Source: Thermodesulfobacteriota bacterium (lineage in GTDB: Bacteria; Desulfobacterota; Desulfarculia; JACQYL01). From it: a stretch of 64,000 nt of DNA. The notes under the pieces were generated by a model that saw nothing but the letters and a program-made list of their open reading frames with translations, was not told the origin of the DNA and ran no database searches. The translations under genes and the position numbers were made by a program. This document shows, in pieces, positions 31,764-42,098 of this stretch (position 1 is the first letter of the stretch; each line of letters begins with the position of its first letter). Where the stretch lies: NCBI GenBank assembly GCA_963675595.2, contig CAXXLZ010000002.1, forward strand, positions 832,001 through 896,000, given 5' to 3'.

Positions 31764-33023
31764 ATGGCGAAAAAGGACAACGGTAAGGGCTCGGACCTCC
31801 TGTGTTCTTTCTGTGGAAAGAGTCAGGAAGAAGTCAAGAAACTGATTGCCGGCCCGTCCGTTTATATCTGTGACGAGTGCATCGAGCTCTGCAATGAGAT
31901 CATCGCGGAGGAGTACGAGAGAGAGGATGCACAACAAGATCGCTCGCGGATGCCCAAACCGTCGGAGATCAAAACCATCATCGACGAGTATGTGGTGGAC
32001 CAGGAAAGGGCCAAGAAGATTTTGGCCGTGGCGGTGCATAATCATTACAAACGGATCGAGAGCGGTGTGGACCTCGAGGGCGTCGAACTGCAAAAGAGCA
32101 ATATCCTCCTCATCGGCCCCACGGGGTGCGGAAAAACCCTGCTCGCCCAAACCTTGGCCAAGATCCTCAACGTACCGTTTACCATCGCCGACGCCACGTC
32201 CCTTACCGAAGCGGGGTACGTCGGTGAAGATGTGGAAAACATCATTCTGAATCTTCTGCAAAACGCGGATTACGATATAGAGCGGGCTCAGAAGGGGATC
32301 GTGTACATCGACGAAATCGACAAGATCGCCCGAAAATCGGACAATCCTTCCATCACGCGCGACGTTTCCGGCGAGGGAGTCCAACAGGCCCTGCTCAAGA
32401 TCATCGAAGGCACTATGGCGAGCGTGCCCCCCAAAGGAGGGCGCAAGCATCCTCAGCAGGAGTTCGTGAAAGTGGATACCACGAACATCCTGTTCATTTG
32501 CGGCGGGGCCTTCAACGGCCTCGAGAAGATGATCCAGGCCAGAATCGGGCGACAGCACATCGGTTTCGGCGCCGACCTCATCGCTCAGAAGGAACGACCC
32601 TTGGGTGAAGTCCTCGAGCAGACCCAGCCCGAAGACCTGCTCAAGTACGGGCTCATCCCGGAATTCATCGGGCGGCTTCCGGTCATCGCCACCTTGTCTC
32701 CTTTGAGCCAGGGAGCGCTGATCAAGATTCTGACCGAACCCAAGAACGCTTTGACCAAACAATATCAGAAATTGTTCGAGATGGAGGATGTGGCGCTTCG
32801 ATTCACGGACTCGTCGCTCAACGCCATCGCCGAACAGGCTTTGAAGAGGGAGTCCGGAGCTCGCGGGTTGCGCGCGATCATGGAAAGGGCCATGCTGAGC
32901 ATTATGTACGATCTCCCTTCCATGGAGGATGTTCGGGAATGCGTGGTCAACGAGGATGTGATCCTCCACGACGCGCCTCCGATTCTTCTATACGAAAACC
33001 GCGTAGAATCGGCCCGTGCCTAA
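31764..33023 (+). CDS. clpX: ATP-dependent Clp protease ATP-binding subunit
   Basis: CSFCGK...CDECIELC zinc finger, [27 protein letters not shown] loop. Confidence 0.98.
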   Translation: MAKKDNGKGSDLLCSFCGKSQEEVKKLIAGPSVYICDECIELCNEIIAEEYEREDAQQDRSRMPKPSEIKTIIDEYVVDQERAKKILAVAVHNHYKRIESGVDLEGVELQKSNILLIGPTGCGKTLLAQTLAKILNVPFTIADATSLTEAGYVGEDVENIILNLLQNADYDIERAQKGIVYIDEIDKIARKSDNPSITRDVSGEGVQQALLKIIEGTMASVPPKGGRKHPQQEFVKVDTTNILFICGGAFNGLEKMIQARIGRQHIGFGADLIAQKERPLGEVLEQTQPEDLLKYGLIPEFIGRLPVIATLSPLSQGALIKILTEPKNALTKQYQKLFEMEDVALRFTDSSLNAIAEQALKRESGARGLRAIMERAMLSIMYDLPSMEDVRECVVNEDVILHDAPPILLYENRVESARA

Positions 33024-33032
33024 ACGAAGTGA

Positions 33033-33062
33033 AAGCGGCGCCTCAAGGGGCGCCGCTTCTTA
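33033..33062 (+). terminator. intrinsic terminator after clpX
   Basis: AAGCGGCGCC-loop-GGCGCCGCTT followed by CTT. Confidence 0.7.
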
Positions 33063-33466
33063 TCCGTGACGTCACATCGGATGCGGCAGCCTTCCGTCTC
33101 GTCTTCCAGTAGTTGTCGGACATTTTTCTCCAGGATACTTGTGCTTGATACGTTCATCCTCGATCGGCATGCTTTTTTGGGGTGGATAGAACAATCCGCC
33201 GGGCTCTCCGGCCTTGAGGTTTTCCACATTCAGGACCCATTTGCCACACACCCTCCCCGCTCAACGCGGTGAGGACTGTTTGAAGGGCCTCGCAAGGCGG
33301 CGCGGCAAGACTTTCGCGCCGGTTTTCACCGAGGACGATCACCAAACCCCCTTTTCGGCCGGACCGCCGCGGTTTGTATTGACTTGAGAGGTTCCGTCCT
33401 TACCTTAAATTCTGTAAAGCGGCCTTAACGGCTCCGTAAAACCCCAGAAGAGAAACGAGGGAGAAC

Positions 33467-35902
33467 ATGTTCTCAAACCCATTGAGGAATATACTCGGCA
33501 CAAAATTACAGCTCCCCTTGCTGCCGTTGAGAGATATCGTGATCTTTCCGCACATGGTGGCTCCGCTGTTCGTCGGCAGGGAAAAGTCCATCCAGGCCCT
33601 GGAACATGCCATGGCCGGAGACAAGAGCATTTTCCTGGCCAGCCAGAAAGACCCCACGGTGGACAACCCCAAAGAAAAGGACGTCTTCACCCAGGGGACC
33701 ATCGGTTCGATTCTGCAGCTCTTGAAGCTCCCCGACGGCACCGTCAAGGTGCTCGTGGAAGGCAAGCATCGGGGCATGATCAAACAGTACCTGCCCAACG
33801 ATAAATTTTACCTGGTGGAGGTGGAACGCCTCGTCGAACCCGACGCCAACCAGGCGGAACTGGAAGCCCTGTCCCGCAGCCTCAAGGAAACCTTCGAGGA
33901 GTACGTGAAGCTCAACAAGAAGCTTCCCGGAGAAATCCTCCAGGCGGTGCGAGGTATTGCGGACCCGTCTCAACTGGCGGACACCATCGCCTGTCACATC
34001 ACTCTCAAGCTGCCCAGCAAGCAGCAGCTCCTGGAACAGGTGAACGTGGCTTCACGCATGGAGAAGCTCTTCGAGTTCATGAAGGGTGAAATCGAAATCC
34101 TGGAGATCGACCAGCGCATCAAGTCCCGGGTCAAAAAGCAGATGGAAAAGACCCAGAAGGAATACTACCTGAACGAGCAGATGCGCGCCATCCAGAAGGA
34201 AATGGGGGAAAAGGACGATTTCAAGAGCGAAATCCAGGACCTGGAAAAGCGCGTAAAGCAAAAACGCATGTCCAAGGAAGCCAAGGCCAAGGTCCGCCAC
34301 GAGTTGAAGAAGCTCAAGATGATGTCCCCCATGTCGGCGGAAGCCACGGTTTCGAGGAACTATATCGACTGGCTGCTGTCTCTGCCCTGGTACGACAAGA
34401 CCAAGGACAAGATCGACATCCAGCGTGCCCAGGAAATTCTGGACGAGGACCACTACGGACTCGAAAAGCCCAAGGAACGGATTCTCGAGTACCTGGCGGT
34501 CCAAAGCTTGGTCAAGAAGATCAAGGGCCCCATCCTCTGCCTGGTGGGACCTCCCGGCGTGGGCAAGACTTCGCTGGCCAAATCCGTGGCCCGCGCCACG
34601 GGTCGGAACTTCATCCGATTGTCCCTGGGCGGCGTGCGGGATGAGGCCGAGATTCGCGGGCACCGCAGAACCTATATCGGCGCGCTTCCGGGCAAGATTC
34701 TTCAGAGCCTCAAGAAGGCCAAGAGCAACAATCCCGTGTTCTGTCTGGACGAGGTGGACAAGATGAGCACCGATTTCCGGGGCGATCCGTCCGCCGCGCT
34801 CCTCGAGGTCCTGGACCCGGAACAGAACTACGCCTTCAACGACCATTACCTGGACGTGGATTACGACCTGTCGGAAGTCCTGTTCATCACCACGGCCAAC
34901 ACTCTGTACTCGATTCCTCTGCCCTTGCAGGATCGTATGGAAATCATCCGCCTGCCCGGGTACACGGAATACGAAAAGTTGAAGATCGCCGAGAACTTTC
35001 TGGTGAAGAAGCAACTGGACGCCAACGGACTCACCGCGGAGAACCTGGACCTTTCCGAAAACTCCATCCTCGAAGTGATTCGCAGGTACACCAAGGAGTC
35101 GGGCGTGCGGAATCTCGAGCGGGAAATCGCCTCCGTGTGCCGTAAGTGCGCCAAGGAAGTGGCGGCCAAAGGCATGGACCTGCGAATTCGCGTGACCGCG
35201 TCGTCCATCGAGAAATACCTGGGCGTGCCTAAATTCCGTTACGGTCGCGCAGAGGAAAAGGACGAGGTGGGCGTTACCACGGGCTTGGCATGGACCGAAC
35301 TGGGAGGCGAACTGCTCCAGACGGAAACCGTGATTCTTCCGGGCAAGGGCAAGCTCACCACCACGGGTAAGCTGGGCGACGTGATGCAGGAATCCGCTCA
35401 GGCGGCCTTGAGCTACGTCAGGTCCCGAGGCGCGCACCTCAAGCTGCCCAGGGACTTCTACCAGATGATCGATCTCCACATTCACGTGCCCGAGGGGGCC
35501 ATCCCCAAAGACGGCCCGTCCGCCGGCATCACCTTGGCCACCTCGCTGGTTTCCGCGTTGACCAAGATTCCCGTGCGGTCGGACACGGCCATGACGGGAG
35601 AGATCACCCTGAGGGGACGGGTACTGCCCATTGGAGGCCTGAAAGAGAAGATGCTGGCCGCGCACCGCGGAGGCATCAAGCGCGTGTTGATTCCGGAAGA
35701 CAACAAGAAGGACCTCCGGGACATCCCCGCCAAGATTCTCAAGGCCCTCGAGGTCATCCCCGTGGCTCACATGGACCAGGTGCTGAGAAACGCGCTGGTT
35801 CTGGAAGACCCGGATTCCCTGTTCGTGGAACCCGAGGACTCACTGCCGCCTTACCTGCTGCCGGACGCGAAACCGGAGCCGGAAGGCGCCACGGCCCACT
35901 GA
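33467..35902 (+). CDS. lon: ATP-dependent protease La
   Basis: [28 protein letters not shown] (catalytic Ser), IGGLKEK (catalytic Lys). Confidence 0.98.
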   Translation: MFSNPLRNILGTKLQLPLLPLRDIVIFPHMVAPLFVGREKSIQALEHAMAGDKSIFLASQKDPTVDNPKEKDVFTQGTIGSILQLLKLPDGTVKVLVEGKHRGMIKQYLPNDKFYLVEVERLVEPDANQAELEALSRSLKETFEEYVKLNKKLPGEILQAVRGIADPSQLADTIACHITLKLPSKQQLLEQVNVASRMEKLFEFMKGEIEILEIDQRIKSRVKKQMEKTQKEYYLNEQMRAIQKEMGEKDDFKSEIQDLEKRVKQKRMSKEAKAKVRHELKKLKMMSPMSAEATVSRNYIDWLLSLPWYDKTKDKIDIQRAQEILDEDHYGLEKPKERILEYLAVQSLVKKIKGPILCLVGPPGVGKTSLAKSVARATGRNFIRLSLGGVRDEAEIRGHRRTYIGALPGKILQSLKKAKSNNPVFCLDEVDKMSTDFRGDPSAALLEVLDPEQNYAFNDHYLDVDYDLSEVLFITTANTLYSIPLPLQDRMEIIRLPGYTEYEKLKIAENFLVKKQLDANGLTAENLDLSENSILEVIRRYTKESGVRNLEREIASVCRKCAKEVAAKGMDLRIRVTASSIEKYLGVPKFRYGRAEEKDEVGVTTGLAWTELGGELLQTETVILPGKGKLTTTGKLGDVMQESAQAALSYVRSRGAHLKLPRDFYQMIDLHIHVPEGAIPKDGPSAGITLATSLVSALTKIPVRSDTAMTGEITLRGRVLPIGGLKEKMLAAHRGGIKRVLIPEDNKKDLRDIPAKILKALEVIPVAHMDQVLRNALVLEDPDSLFVEPEDSLPPYLLPDAKPEPEGATAH

Positions 35903-35908
35903 TCACAC

Positions 35909-35934
35909 AAGCGACCCCCTCGGGGGTCGCTTTT
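35909..35934 (+). terminator. intrinsic terminator after lon
   Basis: AAGCGACCCCC-TC-GGGGGTCGCTTTT hairpin with T tail. Confidence 0.8.
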
Positions 35935-35993
35935 CAGTTGAAGCCCTCTTCGAAATCCTGTAATAAAGCGTTTTCCGAAGGTCAAACCCACAT

Positions 35994-36069
35994 GGGCGGG
36001 TAGCTCAGCCGGGAGAGCATCGGCCTTACAAGCCGGGGGTCGCAGGTTCGAATCCTGTCCCGCCTACCA
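35994..36069 (+). tRNA. tRNA-Val (TAC); probable integration site
   Basis: GGGCGGGTAGCTCAGCCGGGAGAGCA-TCGGC-CTTACAA-GCCGG...GGTTCGAATCC...CCTACCA; candidate promoter TTGAAG-N17-TAATAA at 35938-35966. Confidence 0.96.
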
Positions 36070-36135
36070 AAAAAAGATCATTCTTTCAAAAAGTTCCGAT
36101 TGCCGTCTGTACGGCTGTTTTTTTCGAACCCTCTC

Positions 36136-36159
36136 TGGTGTGTCACTTGGTGTGTCACT
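36136..36159. repeat. perfect 12-bp tandem direct repeat, candidate integrase arm-type sites
   Basis: TGGTGTGTCACT x2 between tRNA-Val and the integrase stop codon. Confidence 0.7.
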
Positions 36160-37264
36160 TTTCAATTTCACCACTCGTGACCGCTTCGAAAATCTCCATC
36201 GCCGCCCTTTCCGAAGCCCCCACACTGTGCAGATAAATCTCTGTCGTGGTTCTTTTTTCGTGTCCCAGAATACGTTGAATGCTTCCAATGTTCACGTTGG
36301 CGTTGTCCAGCATCGAAGCGCCGAAATGCCGTAACGCGTGATACCGGAAGTACCTGACACCCGCCTTGGCACAGAGCGTTCCCATGAGCTTTTTGCGATC
36401 CCGGTACGGTCCCGATTTTTTCTCCCCAGTCTTGCTGCTCCAGTAGGTATGCCAAAATACCCAAGGCTTTGACCTATCTCTACGCTCATACCTTCTCAGA
36501 AGCACATCATGAAGCTTCCTGGTCATTGGAACCCTTCGAGGGGTCAAGTGCCCTCCCCTTTTCTTCCTGGTGTAGAGCACCACGACCTTGCTGTTGAAGT
36601 CCACATCCTCCCACGTGAGCCGGTTGATCTCTCCCATTCTCCCCATGGTCTCTTTGATGCAGTAGAGATAATCCTGCTCCTCGGGTCCCGCCGCCACGAG
36701 CACTTTCAGAACATCTTCCTTCGACGGGACATACCGAAGCTTCCTTTCCGCAGGTAAGAATTCGATTCCTGCGGTGGGGTTGTTTGATATCCAACCCTTC
36801 TTGATACCAAAATTAAAAAGCGCCCGAATTTGCCTTAGATACTTGTTCACAGTCTCATTCGATATCTCCGAGATATCCATGAGATAACCCTCAATCATCT
36901 CACGCCGAATCGCGTTTACCTGGAGTGGCCCCCACTCAGCCACCCACTTATGGGCAATATACCTGATGTCTTCGTAATGAGCTGTTGAACAGTAAGCCTT
37001 GAGATAATCCAACCTTCGATTAACGAGGTCCAAGAAGGCCATGCCTGTTGGGGTCGTCTCCGCCGCTATCGCTGCCGGTTCCTCCCGGATTTCGATCCTT
37101 CGTTCTTCTTCGGGATCCGGCAGTCCCTTTTGTATCGCCTCCTTTCTTTTCGATTCCGCTATCCTCGCTTCGTTCTTCGTCGCGTAGAATCCTTTTGCGT
37201 AGCGGTTTTTGTTGAGGTAGAAATTGTACCTCCAGCCTTTGTTTTGAACGAAAAATACGCTCAT
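36155..37264 (-). CDS. int: tyrosine recombinase/integrase
   Basis: TMGRMGEI (R), TRKK (K), YHALRH (HxxR), ILGH...TTEIY (H,Y); N-terminal arm-binding-like KGWRYNF; AAGGAGG before the ATG at 37264. Confidence 0.93.
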   Translation of the reverse strand: MSVFFVQNKGWRYNFYLNKNRYAKGFYATKNEARIAESKRKEAIQKGLPDPEEERRIEIREEPAAIAAETTPTGMAFLDLVNRRLDYLKAYCSTAHYEDIRYIAHKWVAEWGPLQVNAIRREMIEGYLMDISEISNETVNKYLRQIRALFNFGIKKGWISNNPTAGIEFLPAERKLRYVPSKEDVLKVLVAAGPEEQDYLYCIKETMGRMGEINRLTWEDVDFNSKVVVLYTRKKRGGHLTPRRVPMTRKLHDVLLRRYERRDRSKPWVFWHTYWSSKTGEKKSGPYRDRKKLMGTLCAKAGVRYFRYHALRHFGASMLDNANVNIGSIQRILGHEKRTTTEIYLHSVGASERAAMEIFEAVTSGEIEK

Positions 37265-37409
37265 AGAGGTCCTCCTTTGACGGAAAAACAAGAGAACCCC
37301 CAAGCTTCCGACCGCCAAGTTCCTTCCAATGCCGATAAACCCAACTCCGGCTCTTCTTCAGAAACTTGGCGACTTCCTCAGGGGTTTGGATTAGAGGACT
37401 CTCGGACAT
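37020..37409 (-). CDS. excisionase-like HTH DNA-binding protein
   Basis: TPEEVAKFLKKSRSWVY...KLGGSLVF (HTH_17/Xis-like); GAGG RBS; immediately upstream of and overlapping int. Confidence 0.7.
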   Translation of the reverse strand: MSESPLIQTPEEVAKFLKKSRSWVYRHWKELGGRKLGGSLVFPSKEDLYERIFRSKQRLEVQFLPQQKPLRKRILRDEERSEDSGIEKKGGDTKGTAGSRRRTKDRNPGGTGSDSGGDDPNRHGLLGPR

Positions 37410-37486
37410 AAGTCAACACCTCGGACCGGACTCCACCGGCAAACCGGCTTCATTCCGCAAAAACGGCATAACTTGTTGGGATCAGT

Positions 37487-37720
37487 TTACTTTCTCAAGA
37501 GCTTCATCACACCGACAACGATCAACCCAATGACCGCAAGCTTTGCCACCGAAGTGACCGGATCACCGGAATGATGAGCTCCCCGACTTCCAACATCCCA
37601 GGCAGCCTTCATCGCATCACCGAACTCGGACACCGTACCGGCAACAGTCGAGAGAATCGACGGCAGGTACACGGCAAGAAGAACGATCACGATCGCAAGA
37701 AATACGTTCCGCCATTCCAT
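37487..37720 (-). CDS. small two-TM membrane protein
   Basis: Hydrophobic N- and C-terminal helices with a basic tail; AAAGGTG RBS. Confidence 0.7.
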   Translation of the reverse strand: MEWRNVFLAIVIVLLAVYLPSILSTVAGTVSEFGDAMKAAWDVGSRGAHHSGDPVTSVAKLAVIGLIVVGVMKLLRK

Positions 37721-37786
37721 ATGGGATCACCTTTCTTGAAAGGGTTTCATGAAGAAAGTGTCCGCTGAACCTGAAATGTGTTCCTT

Positions 37787-38581
37787 CTAATCCAAACGTC
37801 CCTTCTTTGCCTTGAACTCCGAGATCGACCGAAATTCCAACCTTTCAAGATCAGGGATATTTTTCTTTGCGATATTACGGGCTTTGTTCGTATCCGCCTG
37901 ATCCCTGCAGACAATGTAGAGTTTCCTGACTTTGGAGTTCAGCCCGTCCCGGATATTATCGAGCAGGTTTCCGAAGGAGATCGTGACCTCGAAGCCGTAC
38001 ATTTCTCCTTTGCTGCCTTCGATCCAGGCAAAGAGATCAAAAGAGCCCTTCATTCCGTCGATGAGCGCTTCGAACCAGGTTCGAAAGCCTCTTTCCTCAA
38101 GCCACGATTTCAGGTAATGGCAAAGACATTTATGCTCGAACCCGCCCCTTCCTTCCGGAGGTTTCTTGCCGTATTTCCTGTAAACCCACGGCATGACCTC
38201 GATATAAAGTCCGGGCCTGCCGATGATCTTCACGCTCTGCGCGACCGCCATCTTGTGTTGCTCAAGCCACGCTCTCGCCTTGGTCGCCTTCGCGTCGGTG
38301 AGATGCGTCTCAGATAGAATCTCGCCCCACCTGAGGAATGGGTTTCTGAAAAGCAGCGTCAGGATCGCCCAGGCATTGGCCTCAGGCTCTGATTTCGGTA
38401 TGGGCTGCGGTTCATTTGCTTCGACTTCCGCCGTTTTCTCCCGACCTGCAACTTCCTTTTCCATAGGGTGATACTCGATACCAAGCGGCGGCTTCGGAAG
38501 AATCTCCGCGTACCACTCCGCCATGGCGAGTTCGACTTCGATATCTGTCGGTCTATTCTGCAAAGATGGTTTCTTTTCCAT
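37787..38581 (-). CDS. hypothetical protein, possible winged-helix plus PD-(D/E)XK-like domain
   Basis: GRGGFEH...WFE...SFDLFAW...GFEVTIS spacing resembles a restriction-fold core; directly downstream of the ATPase. Inference only. Confidence 0.5.
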   Translation of the reverse strand: MEKKPSLQNRPTDIEVELAMAEWYAEILPKPPLGIEYHPMEKEVAGREKTAEVEANEPQPIPKSEPEANAWAILTLLFRNPFLRWGEILSETHLTDAKATKARAWLEQHKMAVAQSVKIIGRPGLYIEVMPWVYRKYGKKPPEGRGGFEHKCLCHYLKSWLEERGFRTWFEALIDGMKGSFDLFAWIEGSKGEMYGFEVTISFGNLLDNIRDGLNSKVRKLYIVCRDQADTNKARNIAKKNIPDLERLEFRSISEFKAKKGRLD

Positions 38582-38585
38582 GACC

Positions 38586-39908
38586 TCACCCGAGCCACGG
38601 TACTTCCATCAGGAAGGGTTTATCGAACTTCCGGGTCTTAGCGACAGCGACCCGCCTGTAAGGCATCTTGTAGAGATATTTCTGCTGCTCCTCGTTAAGC
38701 CCGAAAGTCTTGGCCATGCTTTCGTGATCAACGCCGTCAAGGGGAAACCCGATCTTGATCATGCTGTTCGCCTGGAACACGTAATTGAAACTCTTGGCCT
38801 CCTGGCTGCAAAGCCATAGACCGATACCGAACTCTCTGGCTTTTCGCGTGATTTCGTTCAAGCTCGATTCATAGACAAAGGAATCACTGTGATCTCTTCC
38901 CGCCTGCATGAGAGTCGAGGCCTCATCGACGATGAAAAGCGTCCTCAGCTTGTTTCCGCGGTTTCCTTCAGCCATGTTCCTGTTGTAGGCCAGGATAATG
39001 AGAAGAGAGATCAGGAAGTTAGTGACCATATCGGTCCCGAAGTTCGTCGGGAGCTCCAGCACTACGTTCCTTTCAGTGAAGGTCGATATCGGAATCCCTC
39101 TCGGAACATTGAAAGGCTCGCCCATGAGAACGAAAGGCCTTACCCTGCTGATAAGGTTTTCGAAAATGTCCATGTAGCGATACCCGACGTCCTTACGCAG
39201 CTTGAGGTACCGGAGAGCCGCATAAAGACCGTGCATCGTCGGGTAATTCTTCGAGCCCTCGAAGACGCCGTGCCTTTTGAAGAGAGCCGTCAGAGTATCG
39301 AGCAGAATCCCTTCCGACGGCGCACCGAGACCGTTTTCAGCTGCAAAGACCTTGGACCACATGAAGATGAAATCCTTCGGCGAAAGCCACCGCGGGACTT
39401 CAAGAGGATTGAACCGAAACTGCTTCGCGGTGATGATCCCAAGGTTCGGGACAAAATGGAGCAGACGTCTGTAGAAGGTCTTCACATCCGGAATCACCAC
39501 ATTGAAACCGTCCATCCGGCAAAGCTGAAGAAGCGCGTTCAGGATCAACCAGCTCTTACCTGCGCCGGTCGCGCCCAAAGTCATGCAATGCATGGTGAGA
39601 TCATCAGGCTCGATCCTGAAACTGTGTCCGAAGCGATTGATGATCCCGAGACTCAGACTTCCCCGGAAATCCTCCTCCTTAGGCACCGGATGGAACGGGT
39701 AGAGATTCCTGATCTCCTGATCCAGGAAATGCCTTCCGATAAAGCGATCGACTCGATCCTCGTTTTCTTCCATCCAACGCGACACTTCGGACCAGTCACC
39801 GGTTCGGTTGGCAGTCAGGATTCGCCGCCTGAGGAACGGGTTGTCTTTAAGGTCTGTGGAGAAAATGGTCTCAAGCCGTCCTGCAAGTTCCTCATTCTCG
39901 GTGGCCAT
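38586..39908 (-). CDS. HerA/FtsK/VirB4-superfamily ATPase
   Basis: Walker A GATGAGKS, FRFNPL, Walker B LFIVDEA, KAREFGIGLWLCSQ. Confidence 0.85.
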   Translation of the reverse strand: MATENEELAGRLETIFSTDLKDNPFLRRRILTANRTGDWSEVSRWMEENEDRVDRFIGRHFLDQEIRNLYPFHPVPKEEDFRGSLSLGIINRFGHSFRIEPDDLTMHCMTLGATGAGKSWLILNALLQLCRMDGFNVVIPDVKTFYRRLLHFVPNLGIITAKQFRFNPLEVPRWLSPKDFIFMWSKVFAAENGLGAPSEGILLDTLTALFKRHGVFEGSKNYPTMHGLYAALRYLKLRKDVGYRYMDIFENLISRVRPFVLMGEPFNVPRGIPISTFTERNVVLELPTNFGTDMVTNFLISLLIILAYNRNMAEGNRGNKLRTLFIVDEASTLMQAGRDHSDSFVYESSLNEITRKAREFGIGLWLCSQEAKSFNYVFQANSMIKIGFPLDGVDHESMAKTFGLNEEQQKYLYKMPYRRVAVAKTRKFDKPFLMEVPWLG

Positions 39909-39918
39909 TACCCCCCTC

Positions 39919-40257
39919 CTACTTGGGCCCGTGAATCTTCGGGATCACGTCGGGCTTTTCATTTCTCAGGTTCCTGATATCCTTTTTCAGATTCCGGCTG
40001 ACCCGGTCGGCGATCAGGTCGGCTTCGGGTAAAAGCTTTCGCTCCCGAAGTTTATTCACTACCTGATGTTCGAGATCGTACGGGTCTTCGACAGCCTCCG
40101 GCACCTCGAAGACAAGAGTTCCGTCCGGCCATTCCTCGATCAACGGCTCCCGGATTTCATCCAGCAGTTCCATGAGTTCGCCTTCGCTCATGCGATCCAG
40201 GACATCCGGACCTCGGTCCACCGGTTTTTCGACTGTATTCCACCGCATTATTTCCAC
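39919..40257 (-). CDS. hypothetical protein (island backbone)
   Basis: GGAGG RBS; overlaps upstream ORF; same operon. Confidence 0.65.
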   Translation of the reverse strand: MEIMRWNTVEKPVDRGPDVLDRMSEGELMELLDEIREPLIEEWPDGTLVFEVPEAVEDPYDLEHQVVNKLRERKLLPEADLIADRVSRNLKKDIRNLRNEKPDVIPKIHGPK

Positions 40258-40499
40258 CTCCCTTTTCCTTGATTCCTGCGAGAGATTTCATCCCGCAGTC
40301 TGTTCAGGAAATCCGTGCCCTCGACTGTGTCGGCTCCGTCGATGATCTCCCTCATGACCGAACCTTCCGGGTAATCCTTTGCCCGATCACCCTCGAAGTC
40401 CCACAATGCGTCGAGATACAGAGTTTCCAGTTCCCGATCATCAAGGTCCTTTTCAAAATCAGAGAGATCGGTATCGATTCGTTCATAGACATCCTTCAC
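40248..40499 (-). CDS. small acidic hypothetical protein
   Basis: GGAGG RBS; GTGA overlap with upstream ORF. Confidence 0.65.
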   Translation of the reverse strand: MKDVYERIDTDLSDFEKDLDDRELETLYLDALWDFEGDRAKDYPEGSVMREIIDGADTVEGTDFLNRLRDEISRRNQGKGRWK

Positions 40500-40666
40500 G
40501 ATCCGTCCTCCCTTCCCGGCCCGCCATAGGCCGCCTTTTCGAGGGCAGGGAGAATGATGTCGGTGATCAACAGCTCGATATTGTCGAGCAATTCTTCACC
40601 GACCTCATCGAGGATGGCTTCAAGGCGTTGTCTCGTGAGTTTCCTGAACTCGCTTTCCTCTTTCAT
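40496..40666 (-). CDS. small hypothetical protein, 56 aa (not in ORF track)
   Basis: MKEESEFRKLTRQRLEAILDEVGEELLDNIELLITDIILPALEKAAYGGPGREDGS; GGAGG RBS; ATGA and GTGA overlaps on both sides. Confidence 0.7.
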   Translation of the reverse strand: MKEESEFRKLTRQRLEAILDEVGEELLDNIELLITDIILPALEKAAYGGPGREDGS

Positions 40667-41028
40667 CGAAGAAGCCTCCTTCCCGGCTCCGGCAGTTCCT
40701 GCCCGGCCTCGGTATCCTTCTTCAAAAACGGACTGAAGACCTTACGCCAAAAAAGCCTGCTACGAAGACTGCGCGCGCACCTGCGGCAAAGAACAAACCC
40801 GTCGATCAGTTCTCCGGTTTCTCCGGGAGTTACCCACTGATCCCCCGCCCATTCGCATAAAATTTCCTGCCGAACTCTCTCGACAAGCATCCATCCCGGT
40901 GCTATGCTTTCCACGAAATAGCTTCGCATCATGCGAATTCTGCCGTCAGGCAACGGCACGTGATCAATGCGTTCCCTGGCCATTCCCTGTTCCTGTTCAC
41001 CACCGAAAAATTCCGAATCTGCGGACAT
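40663..41028 (-). CDS. hypothetical protein, first gene of the leftward island operon
   Basis: AAAGGAGG RBS before the ATG at 41028; contains CEW...LCRRC. Confidence 0.65.
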   Translation of the reverse strand: MSADSEFFGGEQEQGMARERIDHVPLPDGRIRMMRSYFVESIAPGWMLVERVRQEILCEWAGDQWVTPGETGELIDGFVLCRRCARSLRSRLFWRKVFSPFLKKDTEAGQELPEPGRRLLR

Positions 41029-41096
41029 GACCCAACCTCCTTTCACGGCTGATGTATCGAACTCTTGATTGATTAAGTGTCCTGGAGTGAAGCGGA

Positions 41097-42098
41097 GTGG
41101 CGAAAAAAAGAATCGAATTCAAGAAGCACTGGCTCATGGAATACTTCGATCGGTACTATTTCGTACCCAAGGGCAAGACCAGGGACGAAGTAGTCCGGGA
41201 ACGGGCGAGGCGGTACCGTGAGACCGGGACCGCTGAAGATTTTTCCAAATTCATTGCGATGTTCGGGCTCGATTTGTTCAACAAGGCGAAAAACAAGATG
41301 CAGGGATCGCATGATCCCGACGATGCACTCGACCCGGCGCTCGCGGAGATAGCAAAGATTTGCCGGAGTGGTACCTCCAAGGAATCCGAGGCCGGACAGA
41401 TCGTCTATCCGTTTGAGAATCCGGATACCTGCCAGACCGCATATGCCCGAAAGGTTTTAAGCAATCATATTTCCAAGTATTATGAAGACCTGACCAAGGT
41501 AAAACTGGAGAAAGCGGCGCAAGCGACCGGACAACCGCAAAATCTGAAAGAGTTGAACGAACGCCGGAAAAAGGATCGAGAGGGTTATCTCAAGAAGCAG
41601 CAGGAACTTTCAGAAGCTATCAACCAAAATCAAATAACGGAAGAGGATGGTCAGGAAGATGATCCCGAGGATTCTTTATCAAATTCCAAAAAGATGAGCT
41701 CTCAAGTTCCGGACATTACGAAAGCACTATATTGCATCTTTGATCCTCCTGAAGATATCCTTCTCACGAAAGAGAGGCTGGATGCGATTCGAGATGCAAT
41801 ATCGATAATACTGAATGAGGCCGAAGTTTATTTCGATAGCGTATCCCGAAAACCCTATCATCGGCCGATATTCGAGTGCATAATCTTCTTAGGATTAAGC
41901 TACGAGGAGACGGCCAAGATCGTCTTCCCTACCCAATACGAAGCGAATAGAGTCAAGGCGAGAGATCATACGAAATACATATTCAAATCGCTCTGCTCCA
42001 GCATTGTAAGGAAAGCGTTACGCAGGAACAAAGAGCTCCGCAAATTACTCGACGCAGCAGGGATCAATTATGCAAAGTACCTACCGACTCACAGATAG
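41097..42098 (+). CDS. divergent ECF sigma-factor-like protein
   Basis: sigma2-like EDFSKFIAMFGLDLFNKAKNKMQGSHDPDDAL...AYARKVLSNHISKYY; sigma4-like PEDILLTKERLDAIRDAI...HRPIFECIIFLGLSYEETAKIV; long charged linker. Confidence 0.6.
   Translation: MAKKRIEFKKHWLMEYFDRYYFVPKGKTRDEVVRERARRYRETGTAEDFSKFIAMFGLDLFNKAKNKMQGSHDPDDALDPALAEIAKICRSGTSKESEAGQIVYPFENPDTCQTAYARKVLSNHISKYYEDLTKVKLEKAAQATGQPQNLKELNERRKKDREGYLKKQQELSEAINQNQITEEDGQEDDPEDSLSNSKKMSSQVPDITKALYCIFDPPEDILLTKERLDAIRDAISIILNEAEVYFDSVSRKPYHRPIFECIIFLGLSYEETAKIVFPTQYEANRVKARDHTKYIFKSLCSSIVRKALRRNKELRKLLDAAGINYAKYLPTHR

Noticed and set aside
33060-33400. Small ORFs between clpX and lon
   Set aside because: Short, mutually overlapping, with no RBS or motif support.
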